A stretch of DNA of 64,000 bases from Truepera sp. GTDB lineage: Bacteria; Deinococcota; Deinococci; Deinococcales; Trueperaceae. Below, one piece after another: positions 9,856 through 19,650 of the stretch. Each line of letters starts with the position of its first letter. Positions within the stretch are counted from its first letter, which is position 1. A model generated the notes under the pieces. That model made no database searches and had not been told where the DNA came from. It worked only from the letters and a program-made list of their open reading frames with translations. The translations under genes were made by a program, and so were the position numbers. Location: contig CBDCKW010000009.1 in assembly GCA_965218435.1 (NCBI GenBank), positions 3,296,001 to 3,360,000 of the forward strand. Reading direction: 5' to 3'.

Positions 9856-10419
9856 GTGCTAGAGAACGTTAAGCAAGATAAACGGGAACGACTTACCGGG
9901 GCCGCTAAAGCCCTCTTCTACCAAGCGGGTGTCCAGAACACGAGTCTCGCCGATATCGCCCAGGCTGCTGAAGTTCCACTCGGAAATGTCTACTATCACT
10001 TTAAGACCAAAGACGCCCTGATAGAAGCGGTAATTGCTGCGCACGCCGCCGATATTCACGCTGAACTCGCGCGTTACAACGCCGAAGCCGAACCGCTCGT
10101 GCGCTTAAGAGCGTTTGTGCGGCGCGGCCTACCCTACAAAGACGCGCTCACCCGTTTTGGCTGCCCCTACATTACGTTATGCGCCGAACTCTCTAAGGGT
10201 GACGCTCGCTCGGCAGAAAGCGCCGCCACCTTGTTTAATTTGTACTTGGGATGGCTCGAGCGGCAGTTTCGGGACCTCGGGCGGGCAGACGCTGCTGAAC
10301 TCGCGTTGGAAACCTTTTCTACCCTGCAAGGTGCTTTTATCATCACCTACGTGACCCACGCGCCGCAGCTGCTCGAGCAACAGACCGCACGGCTTGAACG
10401 TTGGATTAGTGCTCTGTAG
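9856..10419 (+). CDS. TetR/AcrR family regulator
   Basis: TSLADIAQAAEVPLGNVYYHFKTKDAL HTH; GCP motif. Confidence 0.93.
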   Translation: MLENVKQDKRERLTGAAKALFYQAGVQNTSLADIAQAAEVPLGNVYYHFKTKDALIEAVIAAHAADIHAELARYNAEAEPLVRLRAFVRRGLPYKDALTRFGCPYITLCAELSKGDARSAESAATLFNLYLGWLERQFRDLGRADAAELALETFSTLQGAFIITYVTHAPQLLEQQTARLERWISAL

Positions 10420-10429
10420 CAAAATGTCT

Positions 10430-11215
10430 TCAGGTGTTTGTAGAACGGATGTAGCGTTTAAGATGAAAGACGGCAAGCTCTACGTCGGTAGGCTTGACGC
10501 GGACGGGTTCACTTTTTAGAAAACCGCGCAGAGCTTTAGGCTCGAGCACCCAGGTATCACTTTGGTCAGCTCCAGAAATGCGCTCTACAAACCAGCCCGG
10601 AAAGACAACCACCGGTTTGACGCTGAGCGTTTTACCTGTAGATTCAGCTAACAGCTTTTTCAGCCAACCCGCTTGCGCCCTCCCTTGTGGTACCGGATTG
10701 TCCGGCAGTTCCAGCTCACCAAGCCGCACACGCTCCCCGTCGAAGTAGAGCTGCGCGTCCTTGCCGACGTACTTATTCAGCGTTTTGGTCTCGACCGTAA
10801 AGACACCTTTGGGTCCGATGATTACGTGGTCAATGTTAAAGTTCGGCCCGACTATATCGTGAAACACGCGGTGTCCGTCGTCCCTGAGCAAATCCAAACA
10901 TTCAGCAACGGCCCGCTCACCGTCTCGAGCCTGCCGTAAACGCTGAAGCTTTTTGCGTCCTCGCCACATTCTCGGAATAAAGATGCTTGCCGCTATGACG
11001 GTAAACACCCCTACACCGCTCGCCATTATCCATTCAGGAGTTTTTGTAAGCCATTGGATAAGTTCTACACCTAAGATGAGGCCAAACAGTAAGATAACAA
11101 GTCCATCTTCCATAAACTTGTCAATAGTTTTGAGAATCTCTGCATCTAGCGACTGACCGGGATTACGGAGAGTTTTGTCTTTTAAGGGAGAACGCAATAC
11201 AGGACGTTGAGACAT
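10430..11215 (-). CDS. Membrane-anchored NERD (nuclease-related) domain protein
   Basis: Two TM segments, then GERAV...VFHDI...NIDHVIIGPKGVFTVETK; start uncertain (11215 or 11233). Confidence 0.85.
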   Translation of the reverse strand: MSQRPVLRSPLKDKTLRNPGQSLDAEILKTIDKFMEDGLVILLFGLILGVELIQWLTKTPEWIMASGVGVFTVIAASIFIPRMWRGRKKLQRLRQARDGERAVAECLDLLRDDGHRVFHDIVGPNFNIDHVIIGPKGVFTVETKTLNKYVGKDAQLYFDGERVRLGELELPDNPVPQGRAQAGWLKKLLAESTGKTLSVKPVVVFPGWFVERISGADQSDTWVLEPKALRGFLKSEPVRVKPTDVELAVFHLKRYIRSTNT

Positions 11216-11282
11216 AGAAGATTTTACAAACACAAGCTTTTTATTCGCCGTAAACTTTTACGCTCGAGCCCTACTAACCCGG

Positions 11283-12074
11283 TTATTTTTTGGGCGTGAG
11301 TTTCTCGAGTCTCAGCCGCTGCTGTGTATCAAAGAGAGTACGAAACGCCAGCAATGTCACGACCAAACTGCCGAGCGCCGAACTTGTCGCCAAAACGAAC
11401 ATGATGACGATCTGATAGCGCACCGCCTTTTCCGGCGACGCGCCCGCCAAAATCTGCCCGGTCATCATCCCCGGCAAGCTGACGATGCCCATGACGACCA
11501 TATTATTTAGCGTCGGAATCATGCCGGTACGAACGGCGGTCGCCACCTCATGGTGGGCCGCTTCCCAACGCGTCGCGCCTAGTGCCAGCAAACCCTCGAT
11601 CTGCCCGCGCCGGTTGATTACGTCTGCAGTGAAGCGCTCGAGCGCCAGCGACACGCCGGTCAGGGTATTCCCAAGCACCATCCCTAAAATCGGCACGGCG
11701 TACTGCGGGTTCCACCACGGGCGCACCTGGATGATTCCAGCGAGCGCCAGACCACTCAGGAGAAACGAACTGCCGAATACGGCGATGAAACTATCAACAT
11801 AGATACGCGCGTACCGCTCTTTGCTCCGCGACACCGCCGCCTGCCCCGCGAGCAGCGTCATCACCAAGCCGATGGCGACGACCGGCAGTGGTGTTTGCAG
11901 TGAAAATATCCAACCCAAAATGAGGCCGACGAGTAAAAGCTGCGCGGTCATCCGGACACCGGCGACGAGGATGGTGCGGCCCAGACCGAGCCGAAGCTGC
12001 CACGACAACACCACACTGACACCCATCAGGGCGGCGGCCAGCACGAGTTGAAAGGGGCTGATAGGAACGCTCAT
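11283..12074 (-). CDS. fetB: FetB/UPF0014 ABC permease
   Basis: RMTAQLLLVG, GMVLGN, GIVSLPGMMTGQILAG, AVRYQI. Confidence 0.85.
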   Translation of the reverse strand: MSVPISPFQLVLAAALMGVSVVLSWQLRLGLGRTILVAGVRMTAQLLLVGLILGWIFSLQTPLPVVAIGLVMTLLAGQAAVSRSKERYARIYVDSFIAVFGSSFLLSGLALAGIIQVRPWWNPQYAVPILGMVLGNTLTGVSLALERFTADVINRRGQIEGLLALGATRWEAAHHEVATAVRTGMIPTLNNMVVMGIVSLPGMMTGQILAGASPEKAVRYQIVIMFVLATSSALGSLVVTLLAFRTLFDTQQRLRLEKLTPKK

Positions 12075-12081
12075 AGGGCGA

Positions 12082-12762
12082 TCATAGGGCGCTGACCGGA
12101 TGAAAGGTTGACAACGCCAACTCCCGAGTTGAGAGGCGCTCACGCTGCGCCGCGTCGTGACCGACCCACAAGAGCGCGTGGTCGGCGGCTTGCGTCCACT
12201 CGAGCAGCAGCGCCTCGGCGCGGCCCAGAACGTCCGGGTCGAGGGCGCTCGTCGCTTCGTCGAGCAAGAGTACCGCCGGGTCTAAACTGAGGGCGCGGAC
12301 GAGCGCGACGAGTTGTGCTTCTCCACCCGATAAACGTTCGGCAGCTTGGCTTAAAAAAGCCTCTGAGCGTCCAAGTTGGGCAAGTAACCGCGTAACGTGC
12401 TCCGGAGAAAACGCCTTGTCTCGGTGCGCCTGCAGGGTAAACGGAAGTCTCAGATTGTCTTCAACCGTTCCTGGATAGAGCGGCGCACGCTGCGGCAAAT
12501 ACAAAACGTGCGTGCGGTACGTTGTGACCGGCAACGTTTGCACGTCTTGGTCACGAAAAGAGAGTGAACCGGCCTCGAGCGGGTCAAGTGCGGCAAGCGC
12601 CCGTAGTAAGAGACTTTTTCCCGATCCCGACGGCCCCGTGACAGCTAACCGTTCGTGAGCGTAAAGCTCGAGCCCCACCCCACTCCAGAGCACGCGCCCT
12701 GAGCCGGTTTGGTTTAGAACAGTGCGGCTGAGTCCCTGAGCAGTGAGTAGAGCTTCGGCCAC
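12082..12762 (-). CDS. ABC ATP-binding protein (FetA-like)
   Basis: GPSGSGKS, LSGGE, LLLDEATSALD. Confidence 0.88.
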   Translation of the reverse strand: MAEALLTAQGLSRTVLNQTGSGRVLWSGVGLELYAHERLAVTGPSGSGKSLLLRALAALDPLEAGSLSFRDQDVQTLPVTTYRTHVLYLPQRAPLYPGTVEDNLRLPFTLQAHRDKAFSPEHVTRLLAQLGRSEAFLSQAAERLSGGEAQLVALVRALSLDPAVLLLDEATSALDPDVLGRAEALLLEWTQAADHALLWVGHDAAQRERLSTRELALSTFHPVSAL

Positions 12763-12766
12763 GCCC

Positions 12767-12773
12767 TATACTA
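12767..12773. promoter_or_regulatory. Overlapping bidirectional -10 elements for two leaderless genes
   Basis: Plus strand TATACT-6 nt-ATG(12779); minus strand TAGTAT-5 nt-GTG(12762). Confidence 0.65.
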
Positions 12774-12778
12774 AACGT

Positions 12779-13393
12779 ATGCCTAGCCCTGCCCCCGGTT
12801 TTGCCATCCGGCCTTATCAGTCAAAAGACCTGGACACACTTTATGACATCTGCTTAAAAACCGGCGACATCGGTAAAGACGCCACCCAGCTCTACGATGA
12901 CCCGAACCTGCTTGGGCAGCTTTACGCCGCGCCGTACGCAGTTTTAGAGCCCGACCTCACCTTCGTCTTAGAAGACAGTAAAGGCGTGTGCGGGTACATC
13001 TTGGGCGCACTTGATTCAAAGACGTTTTATGAACGGTTAGAGACCGAATGGTTTCCGCCGCTACGTGAGCGGTACCCCAAACCAAGCGGGGATAAAAAGG
13101 ACTGGACGAGGGACGACCATATCATCCGGCAGTTTTACGGTTTAGGCGCAACTTACCCACCTGACTACCCTTCGCACCTGCACATTGACCTGTTACCGAG
13201 GGCGCAAGGCAGCGGCAACGGGCGGGCGCTGATGGAGACGTTTTTGGCGGCGCTTAGGGAGAAGGGCTCACCGGGTGTCCATCTCGGCACCTCACCGCAA
13301 AATGTCCGGTCAGAAAAATTCTATTTGAAGATGGGGTTCAGAGAGCTTAAGCGGCGAGAACCGCACACGTTAGTGATGGGCAGACGTCTTTAA
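12779..13393 (+). CDS. GNAT acetyltransferase resembling the O-GlcNAcase C-terminal HAT-like domain
   Basis: FVLEDSKGVCGYILG, YPSHLHIDLLPRAQGSGNG, FYLKMGF. Confidence 0.85.
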   Translation: MPSPAPGFAIRPYQSKDLDTLYDICLKTGDIGKDATQLYDDPNLLGQLYAAPYAVLEPDLTFVLEDSKGVCGYILGALDSKTFYERLETEWFPPLRERYPKPSGDKKDWTRDDHIIRQFYGLGATYPPDYPSHLHIDLLPRAQGSGNGRALMETFLAALREKGSPGVHLGTSPQNVRSEKFYLKMGFRELKRREPHTLVMGRRL

Positions 13394-13496
13394 TACCTTC
13401 TTGGGACCCTGTTTTGTTTTAACCGTTAGGTGTGATGATGCTTTTTCGGCTGGTTGACAAACTATTTGGGGTGAAGTTCCGGGTCATACTACCTGC

Positions 13497-14063
13497 CTAG
13501 AGATACCTTTTGACCCGGTTGCAATACGCTGTATACACCTCGCCGTAATGTCTCTTCAAATCCGCTTCTTCACGGAGTACCTGACGGTGAAACAGCCACA
13601 CGGCTGCGCCCGTATAGATTAGCAGGAGCCAGTTTGGGAAGATTAGGAACTGGCCCAGTAAGATCAGCGCAAAGGCTACATAGATAGGATTACGGCTGAC
13701 AGCAAAAACGCCGGTCGTAACCAGTTGGTCGGGACCGTCGGTGTCGATGCCGATCCGAAAACTCCGCCCAAAAGAGACCAGGCTCCAGAGTAGGAGGAGT
13801 AACCCCGCTAGGCACAGCAACACACCGCCCCACGCGATCACCGCCGATTGAAAGAACACTTGTGTGCTGGGGGTAGGAAGATCAAACGCAGCGGCAAACA
13901 CGAGATAAAAGTAGAAAAAGGCAAACGGCGGAATCAAAAAGTCCGTCTTATCGATGTTGCCGAAGTTCACCGCTTGTAGCCCTCGTCGCCTTAGCAACCA
14001 AACGCGGGCCAGTACCATGCCAAGCATTAGAACGATAGTCAGGGGTGCGAAATACCGTGGCAT
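13497..14063 (-). CDS. Isoprenylcysteine carboxylmethyltransferase/PEMT family membrane protein
   Basis: LVTTGVFAVSRNPIY, REE..L..HYG..Y..Y...VKRYL; leaderless TAAAAT-7 nt-ATG. Confidence 0.88.
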   Translation of the reverse strand: MPRYFAPLTIVLMLGMVLARVWLLRRRGLQAVNFGNIDKTDFLIPPFAFFYFYLVFAAAFDLPTPSTQVFFQSAVIAWGGVLLCLAGLLLLLWSLVSFGRSFRIGIDTDGPDQLVTTGVFAVSRNPIYVAFALILLGQFLIFPNWLLLIYTGAAVWLFHRQVLREEADLKRHYGEVYTAYCNRVKRYL

Positions 14064-14226
14064 AGACTTTATTTTAGGCTCGAGCTGTCTAACGTTGTCA
14101 CCCAGTAGCACACCTGGGGCAAGTCCGTTCTACGCCGCTTCTCGAGTGCTCCTTATAATGGTGACGCAGGCCCTACATACTCGTTAAAGAATAGCTATAA
14201 CATTCGCGCGAAAATTTCGACTGGGT

Positions 14227-14680
14227 TTAGCCGACAGGAACGAAGGTACGCGAGAGGAGCCACAACAAGAGGACTGCTTGGGCGGTGATGGCGAAAGTCC
14301 GAAGCCGACTATGAACGATGAGGCCCTGAATCAGCGCGTCAGCTTTGCCCTGCTGCTGCAACTGGATATGACGCGGTATTTCTAGCGCAATTCACTAAAA
14401 GTGCTAGGCCGCCGAGCGCCGCACTAAGGCTGGCCATCCATAAAGTTATAGACGGCGGGCGAAAAAAGAGCAGCACAAAGGGCGCAAGAAACGACAAAAA
14501 TCCGGGGATGATGACGCTAGCTGTAATACGGCGGTTGTAAAAGAGGTGGTAGGCCAAAAACGCATCTTTAGGTACAAGTCGGAAGAGCGGATAGGTCACA
14601 CTTTGAGTCGGCCAGATGACGTCGCAGTTATACACACTCAAGACTGCCAGCAACAGGAGAAATCAGTGCGCTCCGCTCAT
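14227..14680 (-). pseudogene. Disrupted DUF1772-like membrane protein
   Basis: In-frame TGA at codon 6 (MSGAH*FLLLLAVL) and a frameshift near 14390 joining ...GLALLV to IALEIPRHIQLQ...FVPVG*. Confidence 0.7.
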
Positions 14681-14816
14681 GGCCTATCTTTGTCCCAAAC
14701 ACTCCCGAGACGCAAGTATGGCGCTAGGTTTTAACGGAAGCCTCGAGCGTTACCGTCCTTGGACTAGAATGCTGTATATTTTCTGCTGCTCGAGCCTGTC
14801 GTCTCGAGTTACCCTC

Positions 14817-15845
14817 CTAGACCTCGATCATCACCTTGACCGCGCCGTCCGTCCCCTTTTCCGCGTACTCAAACCCGGTCAGCATCTCGTCCAGCGGAAA
14901 ATGATGCGTAATCATCGGCTTTAAGTTGACCGCGCCCGAGGTCAGCAGATTGATCGCCGCCGGATAGGTATAGACGTAGCGAAACACGCCCTTGAGGTCG
15001 AGTTCTTTTCTGGTCAGCTCAATCATCGGGACATCATAGGTTGACTTGTCGCCGAGCCCGACGACAACGACCGTGCCACCGCTTTTTACGGTTTTCAGGC
15101 AGCTCAGGAAGGCTGGTTCGGCTCCGGCACACTCGATTGCAAGGTCAACACCGCGCCCGTTCGTCGCGTCATTCACTATAGCTTCGGCGTCTTCTTTAGC
15201 ATCAAACACGTGCGTCGCGCCCATCTGTTTGGCGACTTCTAAACGGTGCGGCCGCACATCGCTGATAAACACCTCCGTAGCGCCGAACGCTTTGGCCGCT
15301 GCTAGCGAGGTCAAGCCAATCGGCCCCGCCCCGGCGATAAAGACGCTCTGCCCCGCGGTGAGGTTGCCACGCCGACACGCGTGAATGCCAACCGATAAGG
15401 GTTCGATCAGGGCTGCTTCGTCAAGGCTGAGCGAATCGGGCAGTTTATAGGCGAAGTCTGCGGGAGAAACCGCGTAATCTGATAACGCGCCGTCTACCGG
15501 GGGCGTCGCAAAAAACTGCACGTCGGGGCAAAGGTTGTAGCGGCCCGTTTTGCACATTTCGCAGTGACGGCAGGGGACACCGGGCTCTAAGGCAACCCTG
15601 TCCCCTACTTTGAGCGTATGGACGTTTTTACCGACTTCTGCGACGACGCCCGCAACCTCGTGGCCTAAAATCATCGGCTCTTCGACCACGAAGTCGCCGA
15701 TTGCGCCCGTGCGCCAGTAATGCACGTCCGAGCCGCAGATGCCGACCGAACCGATTTTGACGAGCACCTCGTCCGGGCCGTAACGGGGGGTGGGAACGTC
15801 CTCGAGCCGTAAATCTCTCGCTTTATGTAAAACCGCTGCTTTCAT
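14817..15845 (-). CDS. Zn-dependent sorbitol/xylitol dehydrogenase (MDR family)
   Basis: [36 protein letters not shown] 15845 behind AGGAGG. Confidence 0.9.
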   Translation of the reverse strand: MKAAVLHKARDLRLEDVPTPRYGPDEVLVKIGSVGICGSDVHYWRTGAIGDFVVEEPMILGHEVAGVVAEVGKNVHTLKVGDRVALEPGVPCRHCEMCKTGRYNLCPDVQFFATPPVDGALSDYAVSPADFAYKLPDSLSLDEAALIEPLSVGIHACRRGNLTAGQSVFIAGAGPIGLTSLAAAKAFGATEVFISDVRPHRLEVAKQMGATHVFDAKEDAEAIVNDATNGRGVDLAIECAGAEPAFLSCLKTVKSGGTVVVVGLGDKSTYDVPMIELTRKELDLKGVFRYVYTYPAAINLLTSGAVNLKPMITHHFPLDEMLTGFEYAEKGTDGAVKVMIEV

Positions 15846-15951
15846 GTTACCTCCTAAAAACATAGCTATAATACTCGGCTTTACGGGTTCAGCGCGAAAT
15901 CTGCGTGCGACCTGGCACCAGCAGAGCAAAACCGGAGTATCCTCATAAAAG

Positions 15952-16704
15952 ATGACGATATCAGGGTTGTACGGCAAACGGGCGCTGATTACCGGCGCGA
16001 GTAAAGGCATCGGGCGCGGTTTGGCGGCAGCGTTCGCGGCGCAGGGCGTGGAGATCGTCGCAGTGGCTAGAGACGAAACCGGCTTGGCTGAGGTCGAACG
16101 TGAGGTTGAGGCGGCGGGCTCGAGTGCTCACATCATCCGCGCCGATTTAGCTGATATGGAAGACGTGCAGCGGCTGGCAGCTGAGGCTGACACGCTAAAC
16201 GTTCATATCCTGGTTAATAACGCGGGTGTGAGCTATCCGCAAAGTGCTTTAGAGGCAAGCCCGGAAAACTGGGACAAGACGTTCGCCGTCAATGTGCGGG
16301 CGGCTTTTTTTCTCGCTCAGGCGTTTGGTAAAAAAATGGTGGAACGTGGTTGGGGTCGCGTTGTCAATATGTCGTCGCAGGCGGGGCTCATTGCACTCGA
16401 GGACCACGTGGCGTACTGCGCCTCGAAGGGGGCGCTCGAGATGATGAGTAAGACGCTGGCGCTCGAGTGGGCACCCGCAGGCGTAACCGTCAACTGCGTC
16501 GCGCCAACGGTGATTGACACGCCGATGGCGGCGATGGCCTTCCCTACCGAAGCAGCGCGGGAGAAGATGCTCCGGCGTATTCCGGTCGGGCGTTTCGGTG
16601 AAGTTTCCGAGGTCGCCGCCGCCGTGCTCTTTTTAGCCTCGGACGCGGCGGGGATGATTACCGGCGATACGCTCAAGCTAGATGGCGGCTGGACTGTTCA
16701 GTAA
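15952..16704 (+). CDS. SDR, GolD/DthD (D-threitol dehydrogenase)/L-xylulose reductase-like
   Basis: TGASKGIG, NNAG, HVAYCASK, VAPTVIDT. Confidence 0.8.
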   Translation: MTISGLYGKRALITGASKGIGRGLAAAFAAQGVEIVAVARDETGLAEVEREVEAAGSSAHIIRADLADMEDVQRLAAEADTLNVHILVNNAGVSYPQSALEASPENWDKTFAVNVRAAFFLAQAFGKKMVERGWGRVVNMSSQAGLIALEDHVAYCASKGALEMMSKTLALEWAPAGVTVNCVAPTVIDTPMAAMAFPTEAAREKMLRRIPVGRFGEVSEVAAAVLFLASDAAGMITGDTLKLDGGWTVQ

Positions 16705-16745
16705 CCTGAGTAGCTGGTATAACTACCTGACTTAAGGAGACGACT

Positions 16746-17495
16746 ATGACCGACCGTTTTAATCTAACTGGGCAGCACGCGCTCGTCACCGGGGCCGGGC
16801 GAGGGATCGGGCTCGAGATTGCCCGTACGCTTAAGGGTGCCGGTGCGAGCGTAACTATCGGTGAGTACGCCGAAGACGCAGGCCGCGCCGCTGCCGAAGA
16901 ACTCGGCGGCAACTTCGTCCAGGTTGACGTGCGTGACCCTGAGAGCGCCGAGCAGATGGTCGAGCAGGCCGAAGGCTACGCGCCGCTAGACATTTTGGTC
17001 AACAACGCCGGGATCGCCAAAAATGTCGAGGCAGAACATACCTCGGACGACGACTGGCTCAACATCATCAATGTGAACTTAAACGGCGTCTTTTGGTGCT
17101 CACGCGCGGCGGGCAAACGGATGCTGGGGCGCGGGTCGGGCAGTGTCGTCAATATCGCCTCGATGTCGGGGATGATCGTCAATAAACCACAACCGCAAGC
17201 CGCGTACAACACCTCAAAAGCCGGGGTCATTATGTTGACCAAATCTTTGGCGGCGGAGTGGGCCAAACGCGGCGTCCGGGTGAACTCGGTGTCGCCGGGA
17301 TATATCGGCACTGAGATGACCAAGCTGGGCATGAGCAACGAGGAGTGGAATCGGCAGTGGTTGGAGATGACCCCGATGGGCCGCGTCGGTGAACCTGCGG
17401 ACATCGCGCACGCGGTACTTTATTTAGCGTCGGACGCAGCGCGCTTTGCGACCGGGACGAACCTTGTGGTAGACGGCGGTTACACCGTTTGGTGA
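16746..17495 (+). CDS. SDR polyol dehydrogenase (galactitol dehydrogenase/sorbose reductase-like)
   Basis: TGAGRGIG, ASMSGMIVNKPQPQAAYNTSKA. Confidence 0.82.
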   Translation: MTDRFNLTGQHALVTGAGRGIGLEIARTLKGAGASVTIGEYAEDAGRAAAEELGGNFVQVDVRDPESAEQMVEQAEGYAPLDILVNNAGIAKNVEAEHTSDDDWLNIINVNLNGVFWCSRAAGKRMLGRGSGSVVNIASMSGMIVNKPQPQAAYNTSKAGVIMLTKSLAAEWAKRGVRVNSVSPGYIGTEMTKLGMSNEEWNRQWLEMTPMGRVGEPADIAHAVLYLASDAARFATGTNLVVDGGYTVW

Positions 17496-17571
17496 GGGCT
17501 CAAGGGCTGTCATATCGCGTGTTTTTTTCGGTTGTATCCTTAACGAAGGGTTGAAATCCACTGCTATATAG

Positions 17572-18180
17572 TTGGCATCAGAGGAGTGGGTACAAGTGAT
17601 CAACTTTCCAGAACCGAGAACAGGTCTTGCAGGCTTTTGGGACAGGCTTATAGGGCCTGGTGCAACCTTCTCCGAAAATACCCTTATCATTGTAAGTTCC
17701 GTTGTGGGTGGCATTGGAGCCGCTGCCCCCTTCGCACTTGCAGGCTTACCTTCGGTAAAGATTATCGTCGCTGCCCTGCTAGGTTTTGACGTTATCGGTG
17801 GCGCGGTTGCCAACGCTACGAATACAACTAAAGCTTGGTATCACCGACCTGGGGTTGGTTTTATACAGCAGTTAGGATTTTTGCTTCCCCACCTCATTCA
17901 CATTTTCCTTGTTGCATGGTTATTTCGCGCCCAACCATTTGATATCAGTTACATGCTGATTATCGGTTCAGCCTTACTGCTTTCAGGGCTAATCGTCATC
18001 CTAAGTCCTAAGTTTCTCAAGCGTCCTGTAGCCGCAGGACTTTATCTAGTTGCAATTGCTATTGCACTTTACGTTACGGGTCTTACACTTAGCCTTGAAT
18101 GGTTTGTGCCAGCACTATTCTTAAAGCTACTCATTGGTCATCTCGTACCTGAAGCAGTTCCTGTTCGTGACGCTCTTTAA
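17572..18180 (+). CDS. Hypothetical multi-pass membrane protein (low GC)
   Basis: 202-aa hydrophobic ORF, DVIGGAVANAT..TKAWYH; visibly more AT-rich than its neighbours. Confidence 0.7.
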   Translation: MASEEWVQVINFPEPRTGLAGFWDRLIGPGATFSENTLIIVSSVVGGIGAAAPFALAGLPSVKIIVAALLGFDVIGGAVANATNTTKAWYHRPGVGFIQQLGFLLPHLIHIFLVAWLFRAQPFDISYMLIIGSALLLSGLIVILSPKFLKRPVAAGLYLVAIAIALYVTGLTLSLEWFVPALFLKLLIGHLVPEAVPVRDAL

Positions 18181-18200
18181 CAACGCTTTTAGACTAATCC

Positions 18201-19610
18201 GTGTCCTATGACGCTGTAGTCGTCGGCTCCGGCCCCAACGGACTCGCTGCTGCGATCACCTTAGCTAGAGCAGGTCTTAAGGTCGCGCTGTTAGAGAGAA
18301 AAGCTGTCACCGGCGGCGGCATGTGGACAGAAGAACTTACGCTACCGGGGTTTAAGCACGACGTCGGTTCGACGGTTCATCCGTTTGGCGTCGGCTCGCC
18401 TTTTTTTCGGAGCTTGCCTTTGGGAAAGTTCGGGCTCGAGTGGGTTCAGCCGGACGCGCCTTTCGCACATCCTTTAGACGATGGTGTGGCGGTAGCCGAG
18501 CGTTCGTTAGCGGCAACCTGCCGAGGTCTAGGCAAAGATGCCGAGATTTATGACCTGCTCATGCGCCCGCTCGTCCGTAACTCAGAAAAACTCAGCGACG
18601 ACTTTTTGGGGCCGCTCCTCCGTTTTCCCGCCTATCCTGTTTCGCTGGCGCGGTTTGGTGTGCGGGGGCTGCCCCCGGCGACGCTCCTCAGCAAAATATT
18701 TCAAGAAGAGAAGACCAAGGCGCTTTTTGCCGGACTCGCCGCGCACGCGGTGATGCCGCTTTCCTCCCCCGGAACCTCGGCGTTCGGGCTCGTTTTAGGA
18801 ATGCTCGCGCACACCGTCGGTTGGCCTTTTCCCAAAGGTGGCGCAGCATCGTTGGCACAGGCGCTGACACGCTACTTTTGCTCACTCGGTGGCGAAGTCT
18901 ATACCGATACTTGGGTGGAGACACCGAACGATGTGCCCGAGGCCAAGGTTGTGCTCTACGACCTTTCGGCCAAGCCGTTTCTTAAATTGATGGGCGATAA
19001 GCTCCCAACAGGTTATCGAGGGTGGTTGGGGCGTTACCGCCTCGGCGCAGGCATATTCAAAATAGATTACGCACTTGACGGCCCGGTACCGTGGAAAGAA
19101 GCCGCCTGTTTACGTGCCGGGACGGTTCATCTGGGCGGGACGCTGGCAGAAATCGCCGCATCCGAACTCGAAGTCGGACAAGGCAGAGCGCCGACGAACC
19201 CTTATATTCTAGCGGCGCAGCACAGCCCTTTTGATAAAACTCGAGCACCCGAGGGCAAACAAACCCTGTGGGCGTACTGTCACGTACCCAACGGTTATGA
19301 CGGGGATATGACGGACAGAATTGAAGCGCAACTCGAGCGTTTTGCACCCGGTTTTAGAGACCGCGTGCTAGCTCGGCACACGATGAACGCGCCCGCTATG
19401 GAGCACTACAATCCCAACTATGTCGGCGGCGACATCAACGGGGGCGCGGCGAGCTTGTGGCAGCTTATCGCCCGGCCCACGCCGCGCCGTTTTCCCTACC
19501 GCACGCCGCTAAAAGGCGTCTACCTCTGTTCAGCGAGTACGCCGCCGTCAGGCGGGGTTCACGGGATGTGCGGCTACTGGGCAGCACAAACGGTGCTCCG
19601 CGACCTTTAG
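18201..19610 (+). CDS. Phytoene desaturase-family FAD oxidoreductase
   Basis: VVGSGPNGLAAA; YLCSASTPPSGGVHGMCG. Confidence 0.88.
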   Translation: MSYDAVVVGSGPNGLAAAITLARAGLKVALLERKAVTGGGMWTEELTLPGFKHDVGSTVHPFGVGSPFFRSLPLGKFGLEWVQPDAPFAHPLDDGVAVAERSLAATCRGLGKDAEIYDLLMRPLVRNSEKLSDDFLGPLLRFPAYPVSLARFGVRGLPPATLLSKIFQEEKTKALFAGLAAHAVMPLSSPGTSAFGLVLGMLAHTVGWPFPKGGAASLAQALTRYFCSLGGEVYTDTWVETPNDVPEAKVVLYDLSAKPFLKLMGDKLPTGYRGWLGRYRLGAGIFKIDYALDGPVPWKEAACLRAGTVHLGGTLAEIAASELEVGQGRAPTNPYILAAQHSPFDKTRAPEGKQTLWAYCHVPNGYDGDMTDRIEAQLERFAPGFRDRVLARHTMNAPAMEHYNPNYVGGDINGGAASLWQLIARPTPRRFPYRTPLKGVYLCSASTPPSGGVHGMCGYWAAQTVLRDL

Positions 19611-19650
19611 GGGGGTGCGGAGCGCCGACAACCTTACTTCGAGCTATGAT

